From Podarcis pityusensis (Eukaryota), in NCBI GenBank assembly GCA_964106645.2, contig OZ067043.1: a stretch of DNA of 64,000 nucleotides; one strand, written 5' to 3'. The notes beneath the pieces are model-generated. The model made no database searches. It worked only from the letters and a program-made list of their open reading frames with translations, and was not told where the DNA came from. The position numbers were made by a program, and so were the translations under genes. Below are positions 13,667 to 27,524 of this stretch, one piece after another. Position 1 is the stretch's first letter. The number at the start of each line of letters is the position of its first letter.

Positions 13667-16600
13667 ATTGTGCCATGTAATCCATATTCTAAAACTATGG
13701 ATATAAATTGAGACACTTGCAGAATTATAATGCAAAATAACTTGATTCTCGCCTCCTGCACTAATGTGTGGATCAGAACATAATTGTCCTTTGGATTTCA
13801 CACCATTCCCAATGTTATGATATAGTTCTTGGCAAGAAACAAAACAAAAAACAAAACAACACCAAAATGCATTAAAATACATATTTTATGATAAAATACG
13901 CTTAGAAGTGCATTCAGTGAGATAAAGTACATATTTAAAATAGTATTTGTGATAAAATGCATAATTAAATAGATGTTTAGGAATTCTCATGCCACTTATT
14001 TTTTTTAATCAGATACATTCAGAAATAGGACCTAAAGGACTTTTGAAGGAATACAAGTGAAATTCACTGGAAAATATGTGGACTAGAAATATATAGATTC
14101 ATCCATCCCTAAGTATAAAAGGCTGAAATAACTTGTGTTCTGAAAATGAAGCCTGGGTGAATAGTAAAATGTTCCCTTCTTCAATTTAGTGAGTTCAAGT
14201 TCACTATTCTCTTGGTAGCACTAAGATCATTCTGTCTGCATAAGCATTTCTGTTTGCCCAACAAAACAAGCTACCACCTCCTCCCCTCTCCCCACGCTAT
14301 TTTCAGGGTTCAGCTGGCACTCACAAGAGGACTTGGGGAGGGAAAGGAGAAGCCCACCACACTCGTAGGAATAATTGCACTGGCTTCTGCTAATGTAACG
14401 ATTTAGCTGAATGCAGCCCATGGAAATTCATTGGTCAAAATACATTTCTATAGGCCTCTGTTTTGTTGGTATATAAATGATAGCCACCAGTTTCAGTAAC
14501 GTCACACAATTACCGGTATATTTATGGATACTAAAAATAGGTAGGAGATTTTGGCACTGGGGCAGACAACCATATGTGGAGAGCTTATAAAAGGGGAAAT
14601 AGGTAAGGCAGTGGGTTTGTATTTACAGCAGCACATCTTTAGGGGATATGTATTGATCCCCAGTTCCTGCACCATTCATTAAAAAAAGTCAATAGATAAA
14701 AAGATATTATGGGAGGGAATAAAGCATTTCAGCAAGGAGTAAAATAATGACAAAGTGGTATGAAGAAGGGGAAAGGGAATCTACCTATCAAACCACCTGA
14801 ACCACTTAATACAGTTCATTGTGACAGCTGTAACTGTGTTTACACAGATATGTCTGTTCAGCCAAGGGACAAAAATGCCTGGTGGAAATAATGATCATTT
14901 ATTTTTGAATGTAATGGATCCTTTTGCCTGATGGGAATTGAACAATCATGAAAATAAGGCACAAGCCATCTTGATACTGTTAACATTCACCCCTCCCAAA
15001 CCATCACCCAAGGCATGTCCTAATTTATGGCCATATTTTTACTATTTTATGGTTTTACCAAGGCTTCACATGCTCTGGTTCACTTTTTGTTATCCTAGTC
15101 CTGGACCCGTCATAGCTCCACCACACCCAAGACTGGGGCATCATTTCCTCTTATTCTAATCCAGAGCTGCCCTTCCCTGTGCTGCGGCTTGTGGCATTTA
15201 GAGCTTTATCTAATAGTTGCATGTTATCAATAACATTTGCATCAAAATCTGATGCTTGTAACTGCAAGATACTTGTCAATATGCTGTGGTTTAAATCTTG
15301 ATGAACATTGCCAATTTTTAAAATAATCTTTAAAATATATGGAGTGGCAAACAAGCCATTTATTGAAAATTAAGGTTAAATTAAGCACCCAACATCTATC
15401 TCTGGTAATAACTGCCCATTTTTGCCAGTCAAACTGTTGATGGATGAAATATCGCCGTAATAAATCTAGTGCACGCCTTCATGTGACATCCATAAATGGG
15501 TGGAATAAATCGCAATCAGCAATCTGCACATCAAGTATGGAGAGGCTAAACTGTATGCTAAATTATGAAGCTTATGCTTTAATGATTTTTATTGGTGTTT
15601 TGTTGTGATGCTGTTTATTATAGTTAAGTACTTTGGACAGTGAGGCATTGGAGAGCAGTCAGTGAAACCAGCCAAGTTAATGGGACTCCCTGACACCTTC
15701 CAAATGTACTGATAAATTATTAGGGAACCTGACCAGTTAATCTCTGTCTTCCTGTTTCTTGTTCTTTTTTGTCACTGTACCTTCAGAAAAAAGAGCACAC
15801 CTCTTTGTTCCTTTAGCACTGACCTTTGTGGACGGACTTTGACTAAATCTGACCTCTCTGCTCTTCCTGCCTTGTCCTTGTCCTTTTTTATTTGCCAGTG
15901 TCCCAGGAAATAGTATATTTGACATATAAACAAGGGGGCTCCTCAACAAACTGTTGCATTGTATCCCTGGGTGTGAGCCTGGGGTTGGAAAAAACAAAAA
16001 TTAGCATCAAAGGCTAATCCTTGATCTAACTTGAGTCCATGTGCAAAGCTTGCTTGCTTGTTTAGAACATTTAAAAATGCAGACCAGTCACCATGCAAGT
16101 CAATAGAGCACAAGGCTTCTGCATGCAAATGAGTGCTTGATTTGCCTGGCAGGAGGCAATATTAATAGGTTGCCCTTTACTGCAGCCTGAAAGATATAGG
16201 GAACTTTTGCCTGCGAATCAGGTAGCCAGAGTTTCGCCTCTGAACTGCAATGTTAGCAATGGATTACTTGGCAAGACCTCTGTATGCTATTCTCTCTCAT
16301 CACAGCTCTCCAACACTGCAACATGAGTGCAACAGTATACTGCAGCGCTGGTGGATGCAACTCTCTCAATCTATCCTGCAACAGGGGAGTTAAAAGCAAC
16401 AGATGATTCTACAAGGTTGTTGTACCTTCTCAGCTTCAGCCCATGCTCCAGCCTACAACAGAAGCCTTAATACTTCTGGACAGTATTGTAGCCCAAACCG
16501 CAATATTCAGTGTGAACTACAGTGCATAGTTCCATGGGTTTGTCTTCATGCATTCCCTCCCCCACACCCACCATCAGTTTAAAAGCAAATACTGCTTCTG

Positions 16601-17814
16601 ACTCTACTTGTTGCATGAATCAGCTGGAAGGGTGTGTGGGATGGGGTGAGGTACAAAGCAGCACAGTCAGGTGGTTTTGAACAGAGGCATCTAAAATAAC
16701 TGGATGCTCTGAAGCTTTTTCTGTATCTTCTTTCCTTCCACCCACTAAAAACAGGTGGCTGGCATCCCTTACCCTGTAAATGTCAGGACTGGTTAGATGG
16801 TTTGAAATGCTCACAGGGAAGTCAAGCAATTAATTCTCCCCCTTCACACATTCTCAGGGGTCTGTTTTGTCAGACAATTCAGCTGTATCCTTAAAGAATT
16901 TCACTCCCCTTGCTGTATTTACCCCCAGGGAATAGCTAGTCTCTCAAGCGAGATTAGGATCACTGTAGGCTGCTTCCTCTTGTATAAAGCCTAAGCAAGC
17001 AGGGCTGGGGGAAGGAATCAACCTAGAGATGTGAAGGCCCAGGAAGGGGACGGACAGATGGGGGAGGGTGTTTCCAGGCCTTCACATCTTTACACTGAGT
17101 TTCCTGAAATTTAGAATGTCTCTGAGGGAGACTGCAAGTACTTAAATGAACACTACCTGCTACATACCGGATGAACAAGTTTCCTAACATTTCTGGTATG
17201 GCATCTGAAGGTAACTTCACACATACACATTCATCACTGACTGAAACATCATGATGACTTGCATGTGCGAAAATGCCAAATGGCACAAATAGATCTTTCA
17301 TTTTACCTGTCATGACCTCAAACAGTATTTTTCAATTGAGGTACTTCACACATTCAGCTGTCAGTCTCTGAGTGGTGAGATTTGCTTCAGCAAACGTCCT
17401 ATGTCAAGTGAAATAGGGTATACTTGTTTTCATACATTTGTATATCCAGGGATTTATTAAATTTTTATTTTCAGTTTTCAGTCCAGTGGAAATTAAATGT
17501 GAACGATGTAAACAGATTACAATACATGTCTTGATTTTGCTAGCAGGGAATAAATAATTGTGGAAATCTTCAAAACTTTTCATTTCCCTTACAGCAAGAA
17601 AACATATTTGTAGATTTGGTTTTTGTTTGCTGTTACTTTGTTTGCTTTTATTTTTGCCAAATATTATAAATTTTAGAATTACAAATCTTAAGGCATAAAG
17701 CAAGAAATCCTCTGCCAGTCTGATCTATTATGACCCCCTACCCACTAAATTATGCTGCTGAAATAAAGGAAGTGGAAAGAAGGGTTCAATCAGTAGTAGT
17801 TTGGTTTTGGTACT

Positions 17815-18249
17815 TGTCAGGGAACTGCTATCGGAGCTAGAGGCGGAGGGAAGGCTCCAGAGGGATGGCGGAGAGGGTCCCAGTAGGGAGAGAGGCAGCC
17901 CGTCCACTGGGGAAGGAAATCAGCGTAACACCAGTAGAGAAGGGGGGCAGATGGCGGAATCAGAGAGGAGGCTCCAAGACTCCTCGCCGGAGACCAGCCA
18001 AGAGAGTACGGGTCCTCCGCTGCCCACACCCTCCCTGTGCAGAAGGCTTCCGCGCAGGGAGTCTAGGCGGAGACTAGGCGTCAAGGAACTTTTGTGCTGG
18101 AAGAAGTTTAAGAAACGCCCACTGACGGATTCTGCCAGCGACTGAGACAGTCACGATGCTGGAGGCTGTTCAGTCAGAAAGGGTTTAACCAGGTAACCTC
18201 CCCAGCAGTGGCGGCAACTTACGCACGAGCAACCCCTAAATCCATTACA
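17815..18249 (+). mobile_element. solo LTR (435 bp) of a Gypsy family related to the element at 38438-43928
   Basis: Starts TGTCAGGGAACTGC (same as the full element's LTR) and ends ...CCATTACA. 5-bp TSD GTACT at 17810-17814 and 18250-18254. Open frame 17816-18145 is homologous to the Pol C-terminus. Confidence 0.93.
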
Positions 18250-19662
18250 GTACTCAAAACAAATTCCTGGGCTCAGAATTCTTTAATTCTATGTGCATAC
18301 CTTTGGCACCTGATTCTCCTTGATGGATCTTGGTGTTCTTGGTTGTTGTTGTTTTTTAAAAAAAAGATCCTGCATGCCTGAAATCTGCTCACCCCATAGC
18401 AATGATGACTTCAAAGTTGCAGCTGGGTTAGAGTTCCTGTGGAAAGAGGGGACAGCCATTGTTCCTTCAATTACAGTTTCCTACTCGTGAGACAGTCATG
18501 TAATGCTTGTTTGTGGTTATGCACTAAATATCGATTCAGTGAATCAACACAGGGCAGGGATGGTGACACACAAATACAGCCTGCAATTTCCCATATTATT
18601 TAAGTAAATGCCCCTGAAATGTTTACTTGTATTTTCTCCCTTTCACAATACTGTTTTTAAAACTAAGGAGTAGCGGAGGGGTAAGACTCCAGACAATAAA
18701 ATACACTCCCTTTGTGCATTTGCACACAAAGGCAATTGCTTCAAGATGCCTTTATATATGGCCAAAACTGGCCTTTAGTTCTCAGAAGCAACAGGAAGTG
18801 AACCTCTGAACAATAGCTAATCACCGGAGGTTCCCTGCCTCCCAAACAGATGCTTATCTCCTTCTCCCAGGCTACCAACTGGGGCTTCCGGAGTCAGCAG
18901 AACTCTGAGACAGATTAGTTTCTTACACACACACACCAGCCACATCATGTGAGAAGTGTTCAACGGGTCTATCTTTAGAACTATTTTCCTCAAATATTTA
19001 AGATGATTTAAAAATGCAAACCTAGATACACATGCAAAAGAAAAAGTTGCGTTGATCTCAGGGGAACCTACTTCTGAGTAAACATGTTTAGAATTGTGCT
19101 GCATAGCCTTGAAGTCCATCTGATTAAATGGAGCATTTAAGTTCTGGTTAAATTTAAGGTGCCTCAGATTAAGCCAATACAGCAGCCTTCTTTTGAAACC
19201 CTTGGCAATGGGGAATATTTAGGGTTCTTCTCCCCACCCCCAGTTTTTAACATATCAACAGGAATGTAACACTTTGCACCTTGATGGAACTGTAGCAGCT
19301 GAGGTCTTAATTTGTGAATTGTTGGGACAAGTAACCTCCTTCATAATTACCCCCATTCTGACGATGTTTCAATATCAACCTCCCTGAAGATAAGATTGTT
19401 AGCACATCTCTGATGAATGAACACAAACCATAATTCATTTAGTAGTGAGTCCTGTGTCTCCTATAATACCTACAATTGATATTATTAATTTATTTATACA
19501 ATAGCTTCCTTATGCACCATTTATTTGGTTTTGTTTGTTTGTTCATTTCTATACCGTAAAACTGTGTGTGTGGTGTCAAGAATATCAAATAATACCAAAA
19601 TAACAAGCCACAGAGAACACAACAAATACATGGTGCTTTACAAAGAACAAGAAGCATAATAT

Positions 19663-20009
19663 AAAGGTAAAGGGACCCCTGACCATTAGGTCCAGTCATG
19701 ACCAATTCTGTGGTTGCGGCGCTCATCTTGCTTTATTGGCCGAGGGAGCCGGCGTACAGCTTCCGTGTCATGTGGCCAGCATGACTAAGCTGCTTCTGGC
19801 GAAACCAGAGCAGCGCACGGAAATGCCATTTACGTTCCCGCTGGAGTGGTTCCTATTTATCTACTCGCACTTTGACATGCTTTCGAACTGCTAGGTTGGC
19901 AGGAGCAGGGACCAAACAACGGGAGCTCACCCCGTTGTGGGGATTCGAACTGCTGACCTTCTGATTGGCAAGTCCTGGGCTCTGTGGTTTAACCCACAGC
20001 GCCACCCGC
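19663..20009 (-). mobile_element. Sauria SINE
   Basis: Collinear with the copy at 3639-3988, with an (ACCTTT) tail and tRNA-like head. Confidence 0.92.
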
Positions 20010-20284
20010 ATAGTATAGGAACTGCTTAGCTATTTGGAAGATGTCCACGTCTACTGTGCTAATTGAAAAGCAGACATGATTTCTCTGACTCCTGATAATT
20101 GGGTTATCTCAGGCAATTTGAGCACAACATTCCAGTTTTCTAGCTAGTACGGGAGCTGCTTAACTGTTTGGGGGATGTCTATGTCCTCTGCTTTGGGAAC
20201 CTGTTTTCAGGGCCTTCTAGTAGTCAGTTTGTCCCGAACAAGATTTCTGCTTCCTAGTGGGTGTGCAAGTACCATAATCATTTG

Positions 20285-20862
20285 CGGAGCTGAGTGGTAG
20301 AGCACATGCTTCGTGTGCAGAAGGTCCCAAGTTCAATTCCCAGCATCTCCAGGTCGGGCTGATGTAGATCCCAGCCTGGAGAGCGGCTGCCAGTCAGTGC
20401 AGAGGTATAGTGTGGGGTTGCCGTTGTCCTTGGCACATTTTCTGGAGGGGGGAACGACCAGGCGCCCCCATAACAGACTCCCATCAGATCCTGGCTTTGG
20501 CATGCGAGGGAGCTGTCAAGGCAGCTTTTTCGCATCCAACTGCAGCTCCGCTTCAGCTCCACTCTGCTTTAGCTCCGCTTCTGACCCGGGGCAGATTGAA
20601 GAGTTGGTGGCAGAGAGCTGCCGCCCTCTCCTTGGCTGGGCTGCACCATGCGCAGCTCCACAGCAGTGGAGAGAGGCTGCCGGCCATGGCAGCTCCATCC
20701 CTGTGTCAAGCCTGACCCGTGGGTGGAGTGATGCTGCAGAGTGTGACGGACCTGCTGCTTCCTCGCACCCAGCCCAGTAGCCCTAGCAGAGAGAGGAGAA
20801 TGGGTGCTGCATTTCCTTACGGTCCATCACTGAGTCAGTGTAAACAATACTGAGATAGAGAC
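20285..20862 (+). mobile_element. tRNA-derived SINE (Squam3-like) interrupted by a hAT MITE
   Basis: Head AGTGGTAGAGCA...AGTTCAATTCCC. The body resumes at 20833 (AGTCAGTGTAAACAATACTGAG). The family name is from recall. Confidence 0.7.
20400..20832. mobile_element. GC-rich hAT-type non-autonomous element
   Basis: CAG...CTG ends with a perfect 8-bp TSD AGTCAGTG at 20392-20399 and 20833-20840. Confidence 0.7.
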
Positions 20863-22628
20863 ATACATATCAATAGCGTGATATGTACCTATATCCCTGC
20901 CTTTGGGTATTATATACGCCTATAGCGTTTGGAGTTACATTTATACCAACTTTCTGTGTTCTAGGCAGCGTGGAAGTACTGTACTGTAACCATTTGAGAG
21001 AGGTGGTAACCTTCTTGCTCCTTAGTTCCGGATGTCATAGCTAATAGTTATGTTTGTATGTATACGTACTTAACTTTCTTATGGAGTGAATCGAAACGAA
21101 GTGTCACGTTTGTGTGGTAAGCAAGGACTGTTGTTGCTGCCTAAGATTTTTATGGATGATGTTGCAAGGGATTTAGCTTGAGTTCAGATACAGCTTCCTT
21201 TGTTCCAGCGCAAGTGGGAAGTCACCACCACCAATCCTTTCCTTCTACAACCCTTTTTCTTCCCACACTGCTGGGAGCATTTTGTGTGTTTGAAAGAACA
21301 TTACTGCAAAGTTGAGCAATTCACACCTCCTTTCTCAGTTTCTTTCAGGCAGTCCTTGCTGGGTGGTCATCCCTCTCCTTCAAGTCTTGCTGTAGTCAGT
21401 TTTAGTCTTAAAACAAATCTTTAGAAAACTATATTCATTGAAATGTAAGAGCAGTGTACCAAACTTTTACCTACCTTCTCTTATTCATTTTTGTACAATA
21501 AGCTGCTTTTACCTAATTCACATAAGAATTACATGAGAAATATTTTGAAAAATGGTCTTTCTAATCTCTTTTTCACTGTTCTTTACAATATCCATTTGAA
21601 AGCTGCTAACTCTTGAGGCCTTGGGAGTATAATAAGGAATGTCTCCAAAGAAATGACCCTTTCTTCGTGTGGGGAAAAGATTGGGCCAAAACTATTATGC
21701 ACCATCTGTCTTGCAGTATTTAGCAAAGGAACTTATAGAAAACATGTTTTCTGGCAGATAAATTCCTAACCATATGTCCATTGCATCATTTAGTGTGAAA
21801 CTAAATAGACTTTTAAATATTTGGACAAAATCCTAGTCTTTGAATTAGTATTCAACACAAAAGCATGGGAAATCAGTTAAGCCGCCTGCAAGCTCTTAGC
21901 ACCCTATTACCTACCAACCATTGCTTAGTGTTTATAGAATCAGATTACTTTCTACAAAGATTTGAGCATCTCCAAGGCCAGATTAAGGTGATTGGGGGCC
22001 TGGTGCAGTTTCCAAAACAGGACCACCCCCCTTTCCAAAAAAGGGAACACATGAAATAAGTTACCACAATAAACGTTTTGTGGTATCTTGAAGACTAACA
22101 TGTTTATAATGACATAATCTTTCATGTACTACAGAAAAGAAATGAAAAACAAGGAGCAGATTATGAAGCAAGCGGAAAATCACTATGCTGCATCTTTTTC
22201 CTTTCTCCTCTGCTTCTTGGCAAAGCAGCGAAATCTGCCTCTCAACACAACCAACACATAGGCAGGCAAAAACAAGAAAGATGGAAAGGAGCCCACCAAG
22301 TCACTTCTTCCCTCCCCCTTCCAAGGGGGCTAGGCTAGAAATTTACTTTAAAAAGGAAAAAGAAAGCTCAGACTCTGGGCCCCCTTACAGGTATAGGTCC
22401 AGGCAACTGTAGCATGAATATTCAGCCTTGATTATTTCAGTCCATGTTTGTACTGAAAACGGCAAAATAAATTTGGCCTACACTGGAGCGTCTAACATAA
22501 AACATACTAGTTTTTTTTTATTAAAAAATTATGAGTGGGGCTGAAATTGCCTGGCAGTAGATTATGGAAAAACGGAACAAGCTGTTTTTACACAAACAAA
22601 TGCACAATTAAGGATGCAATCCTATGCC

Positions 22629-23027
22629 TAGGGCCGTCTTAAGCATATCCAGCACCGAGGTGCAAAGCTCCCTCTGGCGCACCCCCCAACCCCCATTTCC
22701 CGGAGTTTTTTAGGGAGGACAGCACTGCCAGTGGGGCTGGAGGAGGCAGGCAGCAGCTGGAGGGCGGCTCCTCCAGTGGGGGAAGAGACGGGGGCTGGAC
22801 GCGGCACCTCCCGGCTCAACTGGCCACTTTGTGCCGTGGTGGCCACAGCAGACGGAGGCTTCAGATGCGGTGCGGCGCTACTTCAGTGCGGCATGGCGGA
22901 GGCGGGTGAGGACAGCGAGCTGATGCTGGGAGGTGCCACGTCCAGCCTCTGCCTCTTCCCTGGCGCCCTCCAGAACATGGTGCCCTGGTGCCCCATGCCA
23001 CTAGCCTCTATGGGTAAGACGCCCCTG
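22629..23027. mobile_element. GC-rich hAT-type MITE
   Basis: TIRs TAGGGCCGTCTTA / TAAGACGCCCCTG. 8-bp TSD CCTATGCC / CCTGTGCC. Confidence 0.85.
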
Positions 23028-24907
23028 CCTGTGCCTGAAGCCCCAATGAATTCAGCTTATCTTCTGAGTAAACATGTATAGGATTGTACTGTAAGTTATG
23101 AGATGGTTACTTTGGAAAGTACATGGAGCTGAAGAACAAAGTTGGAATAGTGAAACAGTTTCCCACTGCCATTTTCAGCTCTATGTGCTTTTAAAGACTC
23201 CACTCAGATTCCCACATCCCTAGGAAAAGTCCAGTATGTGTCCATGTGCTTGTTCTCCTTCTGTCTTTTGAGTGCAGGCAGATCTCATAGGAGGAGGATA
23301 GAAGTGACCAGAACTGGTGGCATGCATGGCACTCACTCAAAACTGCAAATGTCATCCCTTTCATTATTGTTGTTATTATTATTTGTCTATCTGCTGCCTC
23401 CAGTAAAACAGGTTGTTGAACCTTGCAAGAAGTATTTACCAGAGGCAAACAGGAATGAATATACCACCAAGAGGAGCAACCACTCCTTCACCAGCCTTCA
23501 GTTGTGGGCAATATCAGACCATAATAGTTAAGAATTGAATCCTCTGCTTCAGAGGGAATTTCTCTGTCTGCTGGAAGCTAGAGAGCTCAGGTCACCATAC
23601 TGGGAACAATGGGATCACTATACAAATACCCAGTTACTTTAATGCCATTGATTTCAACAGATGCTAATTACAAAGGAAGAGCCATGTTGTGTATTGCAGT
23701 TTCTGCAATACGCAACTGCCCACTGCATGGTTGTATATCTTAATATAGCTACTGGGGGTGAGTTTGCCCCCCACTTCCAATTAGGGGTAGAATGAGCAGG
23801 TGAGAAGGAAGCATGCTGTGTCCACATCCTGGATGAGACTATAGGGGTAGAGTCTTGACCTTTACAGAGCAGCCCTATGCCATCTCCCCCACTTTCAGGT
23901 ACTCACCCATCCTTTGATTGATAGTGGGGGCTATGGTTGATTGCTTTTCATGGAGGCTGGATATAGAAATTCTCTTGGTGGGACCTTAATTGGCCATTGG
24001 GCAATTATTAATTTTTTGCCTACTTCTTATGCCTTTCGGGTGATGCTGTTTTGGCTCATAGGTCCCCATCCCCCCCCCCCCCCCGGTCATGTTAGGGCAT
24101 TCAGTGGAGGCACCAGTTGGATGAGTGGTGAACACATTGAGGCCCCTGGAGGGTTAAAGAAAACCAAGGCATCCCACCTCTTAGTAAGGGGACATACTTT
24201 GGCTAGGGTGGCTGTCTTCTTGTTGAGTGGAAGAAACTTTCACTATAGCATGTTAAGCAGATGTCTACTAATGAATAACACTTATTACTTATTAATAAGT
24301 AAATTAAAGTTATCGAGAAAGTTACATTTGAATTACAGAATCTCCACTCACACTAGTGAAGAATAAACTTCCAAGTGTCTGTATCCTAAAGGCCTATAGG
24401 TTGCTTTCTTATCCTATTTTTGGTAGAATGCACTATTTTTAATACCTTTTTTAAAAAAGGAAAGGCGAGTCAAGGTCAGTAGCTATAGTCCGGATGGGCC
24501 TGCTATTTTATTCCATTCAAGCCCACACTTCAATGAAATGAGAGAGAATGCCAGGAAACTGGGCAGCATGAACAGGAGTGACTGAGAGGGGCAGCCAGGA
24601 AGAGAAAAGATGTGGGTGACGTGGTCATTATTCTCGGTGCTCCAGACAGGAACTGACATCTGGTTTGTGGAATTCACCTTTGCATTTAAATGGCTTTTGC
24701 CTTAGCTTTGATTGACGCTTCTGTTACAACTGTGCCTCACTTTCCAGGGAGCAGATGTTGCTTTAGCTGTTCGTTGCAGCACAGCGACAAAGATGACAGC
24801 AAATTAGGCTGCTTGTTGTAAATGAAACCAGTGAGCGCTGGGTGTTTCCTGGAAAAGAATGCTAGTTATATAAAAACGGGGGTGGCCAGTTTATGAATAC
24901 TCCAGAA

Positions 24908-25038
24908 CAAGTTGGTTAGAGTGTGCTGCTGCTAATGCCAAGGTTGCAGGTTTGATCCCCGTATGGGACAGCTTTGCAGGGGGCCGGACTAGATGATCCC
25001 CGGGGTCCCTTCCAACACTACAATTCTATGATTCTGTG
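24908..25038 (+). mobile_element. tRNA-derived SINE with CR1 tail (second copy)
   Basis: Collinear with 8350-8507 and ends ATTCTATGATTCTGTGA. Confidence 0.8.
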
Positions 25039-25747
25039 AACTCTTATTTGGCAATTATCCAGAGGCCAGATTACACCAATTCTTAAAGAATTACACTAAG
25101 TGGTGATTTGCTTCTGGGCCCAATTCAAGGTGCTGGTGCTTAACTTTAAAGTTTGTAAGCAAATTACCTAAAGAATGTGATCCTTGTGCAATACAGTCTT
25201 CAACTGAGGCAAGTGCTACCATTGGTAAAGTGTCTTAAACAAGCACAAGGAGCCTTTTCTGTGGTGGTACTGTGACTTTGGCTCGACAGGCAGTGGCATG
25301 AGAAGTTGCCTCTCCCCACATCCCACCCAGACACTTACGTAGATCTGGGAATTAAAGATTTGTTGATGGCACCACACAATCCCATAGTAAAGCTTGTTGT
25401 GATTCAAGCACATGCTTTTAGCATGCATTATGAAGATCTTTATTATGTTTTTATATTCATTTTCTGTACACCACTTGGCTATTCTCTGCTATTCTCTGTA
25501 GAGCAGTTCATAAATTCTGAAACAGAATAAATAAGAATATATTTTTGGCAGCAGGTTAAGAGTTTCTTGTTTACCCACACATTTTAGAGTGATTACTTTT
25601 GTCTTCAGTTCGCTTTTTTGGCTTACAGCTGCTGTCTGTGAATTTTTATTGTTTTGCAGTGGTTATGTTTTCTATTTATTGTTGTTGTTTTTTATTGCAT
25701 ACCACCCTGGAATCCATTTGGGTGAAAAGTGGTTTAGCATGGTTTGA

Positions 25748-25763
25748 AAATAAATAAATAAAT

Positions 25764-25806
<43 letters not shown>
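25748..25806. repeat. (AAAT)n(AAAG)n microsatellite at an L2-type tail
   Basis: Direct observation. Confidence 0.85.
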
Positions 25807-25808
<2 letters not shown>

Positions 25809-27524
25809 TACTGTACAAACTAGCAACCCCCTGATTGGTCTATAATAAAGTTGCTGCCATCTGGAAAGATTTCACTGCTATGGAACACATGTGCTCAGGA
25901 AACCAATATGCTCAGATATCTGGATGTAGATATATTACATAGTTGTTAGATAGAGAATCCAGATAAGAGACGTAACATTAAAGTTGTGTGGAATAGCTCC
26001 AGTCCTTACAATGTGAAAACATTTCCCTTTAACTCTGAGTGAATCAGTGGACAAACATTTGAGAAAGACCACAAAAAAACAAAAGGCCCAGACAAAATAT
26101 CTGATGATCCTACAGCAATCTCTCAAACAGGCAGTTTAGGAAAGGAAAGAGAAAGTGTGTGACATGATTTGATAAGGGTTGATTTCAAACAGGCTCAAAC
26201 AACATACATCCGGTGGGCAGATTGTGGTCCTTGGGGGAATTTCAACTTTGGTCTACCATCTCTTTAAAACTGGAAGCTGCTGAGAACACAGATGCAAATT
26301 GCATCTCTCTCTGCATCTCTCACACACACAAACAGCGTTTCAGACACATATGGAAACAGGTGCAGCAATAGAGCAAACTTTTACCCTGACTGCAGCTGTG
26401 CGAAACAAACACAACTTGGTTATAGAGGGCCAATTTGTTTACTCCTGTTTGCTCTCCTTTGTGAAAGAGAGTTCCTTCTTGCTGCGGCCTTGGGGAGTAA
26501 AGAAGGCAATAAGACTTTGTTTGGGCTGAGACAGGCTTGACATTTCTTTTTTCTTTTCTTTTTCTTTTTTTAAAGGAAGATCAGTATTATTTTGATCGCT
26601 GGAATGGGATGCAGGGCAAATGTTCTGGTTTTCTTTCTTTCTTTATCTTAAAAAAGGTATTTTCTGCCTCTAGGGTAAAGAAGCTAAGTGAAAGTAAAAT
26701 AAGGTTCTAATGCTGTTTATTTAACAGCAGTTACCCTTTGGCTGAGATTGCTTCCACACAACTCGTTTTCTCTAGAACTGACATAATTTGTTCACTGCCA
26801 GTGCTTCCAGACAGCAATTTATTGTGGAATCAGCACATGTAAGTTTTGTTGTTGTTGTTGTTTGCAATGGCCACACATCATTGTCTTCAAAATACCAGCC
26901 TGTAGTCTGTCCCCACCTGTAATCCATATTTACATAGGTGGCTACGAGCCACCTATATAGAAGCAGCCACTGACCAATATCCTCTAGGAGCTGGTAGGAA
27001 AGTTGCTAGAAAATTAGAAAGTGCACAGAGAGCTCCTTGACTGCATGTAAGTGTGCTTTCTATCACCATCATCTTTTTTTGCTTATTGATGATGAACCCT
27101 TCCATACTCTCAACAAGCAGAGGTCTCATGTGGTGAGTGTAACATGTAGCCAGGCTCTCTAAGACGTTAACTTCTGGCCATTCATAAGATGGTTTCCTTT
27201 CTGAGTGATCCATGTTTGTTACATGTGTACAAACTTAAACACATGGAACATGAATGCTAGCTGCTGATATTCTAAGTGAATATTCAGGGCATTTAAACTA
27301 AAACACTCAGAAGAGACATTCAGACATTATTCCCCATTGCATGGATTGCCCCAAAGACGAAGAGTTTTCTGACAGCAACTGCAGTAAGTGAATAATGTAT
27401 AACAGATGTATGTGTGGTGTGAATCCCGACTGTAAAATAAGAAAATTTTCCTCAAATGTTCCTTCATAGCCTCAGAAAGGAGTGACTGAGCAACTTACAA
27501 GTTTTCTAACCTTGTGAAACATGG

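Noticed and set aside
20313-20780. 155-aa and overlapping GC-rich ORFs
   Set aside because: They lie within a SINE and a hAT MITE. Stop-codon scarcity is explained by GC content.
22628-23081. CpG-island-like patch with ORFs (possible promoter)
   Set aside because: It is bounded exactly by hAT TIRs and an 8-bp TSD, so it is a MITE rather than a host promoter.
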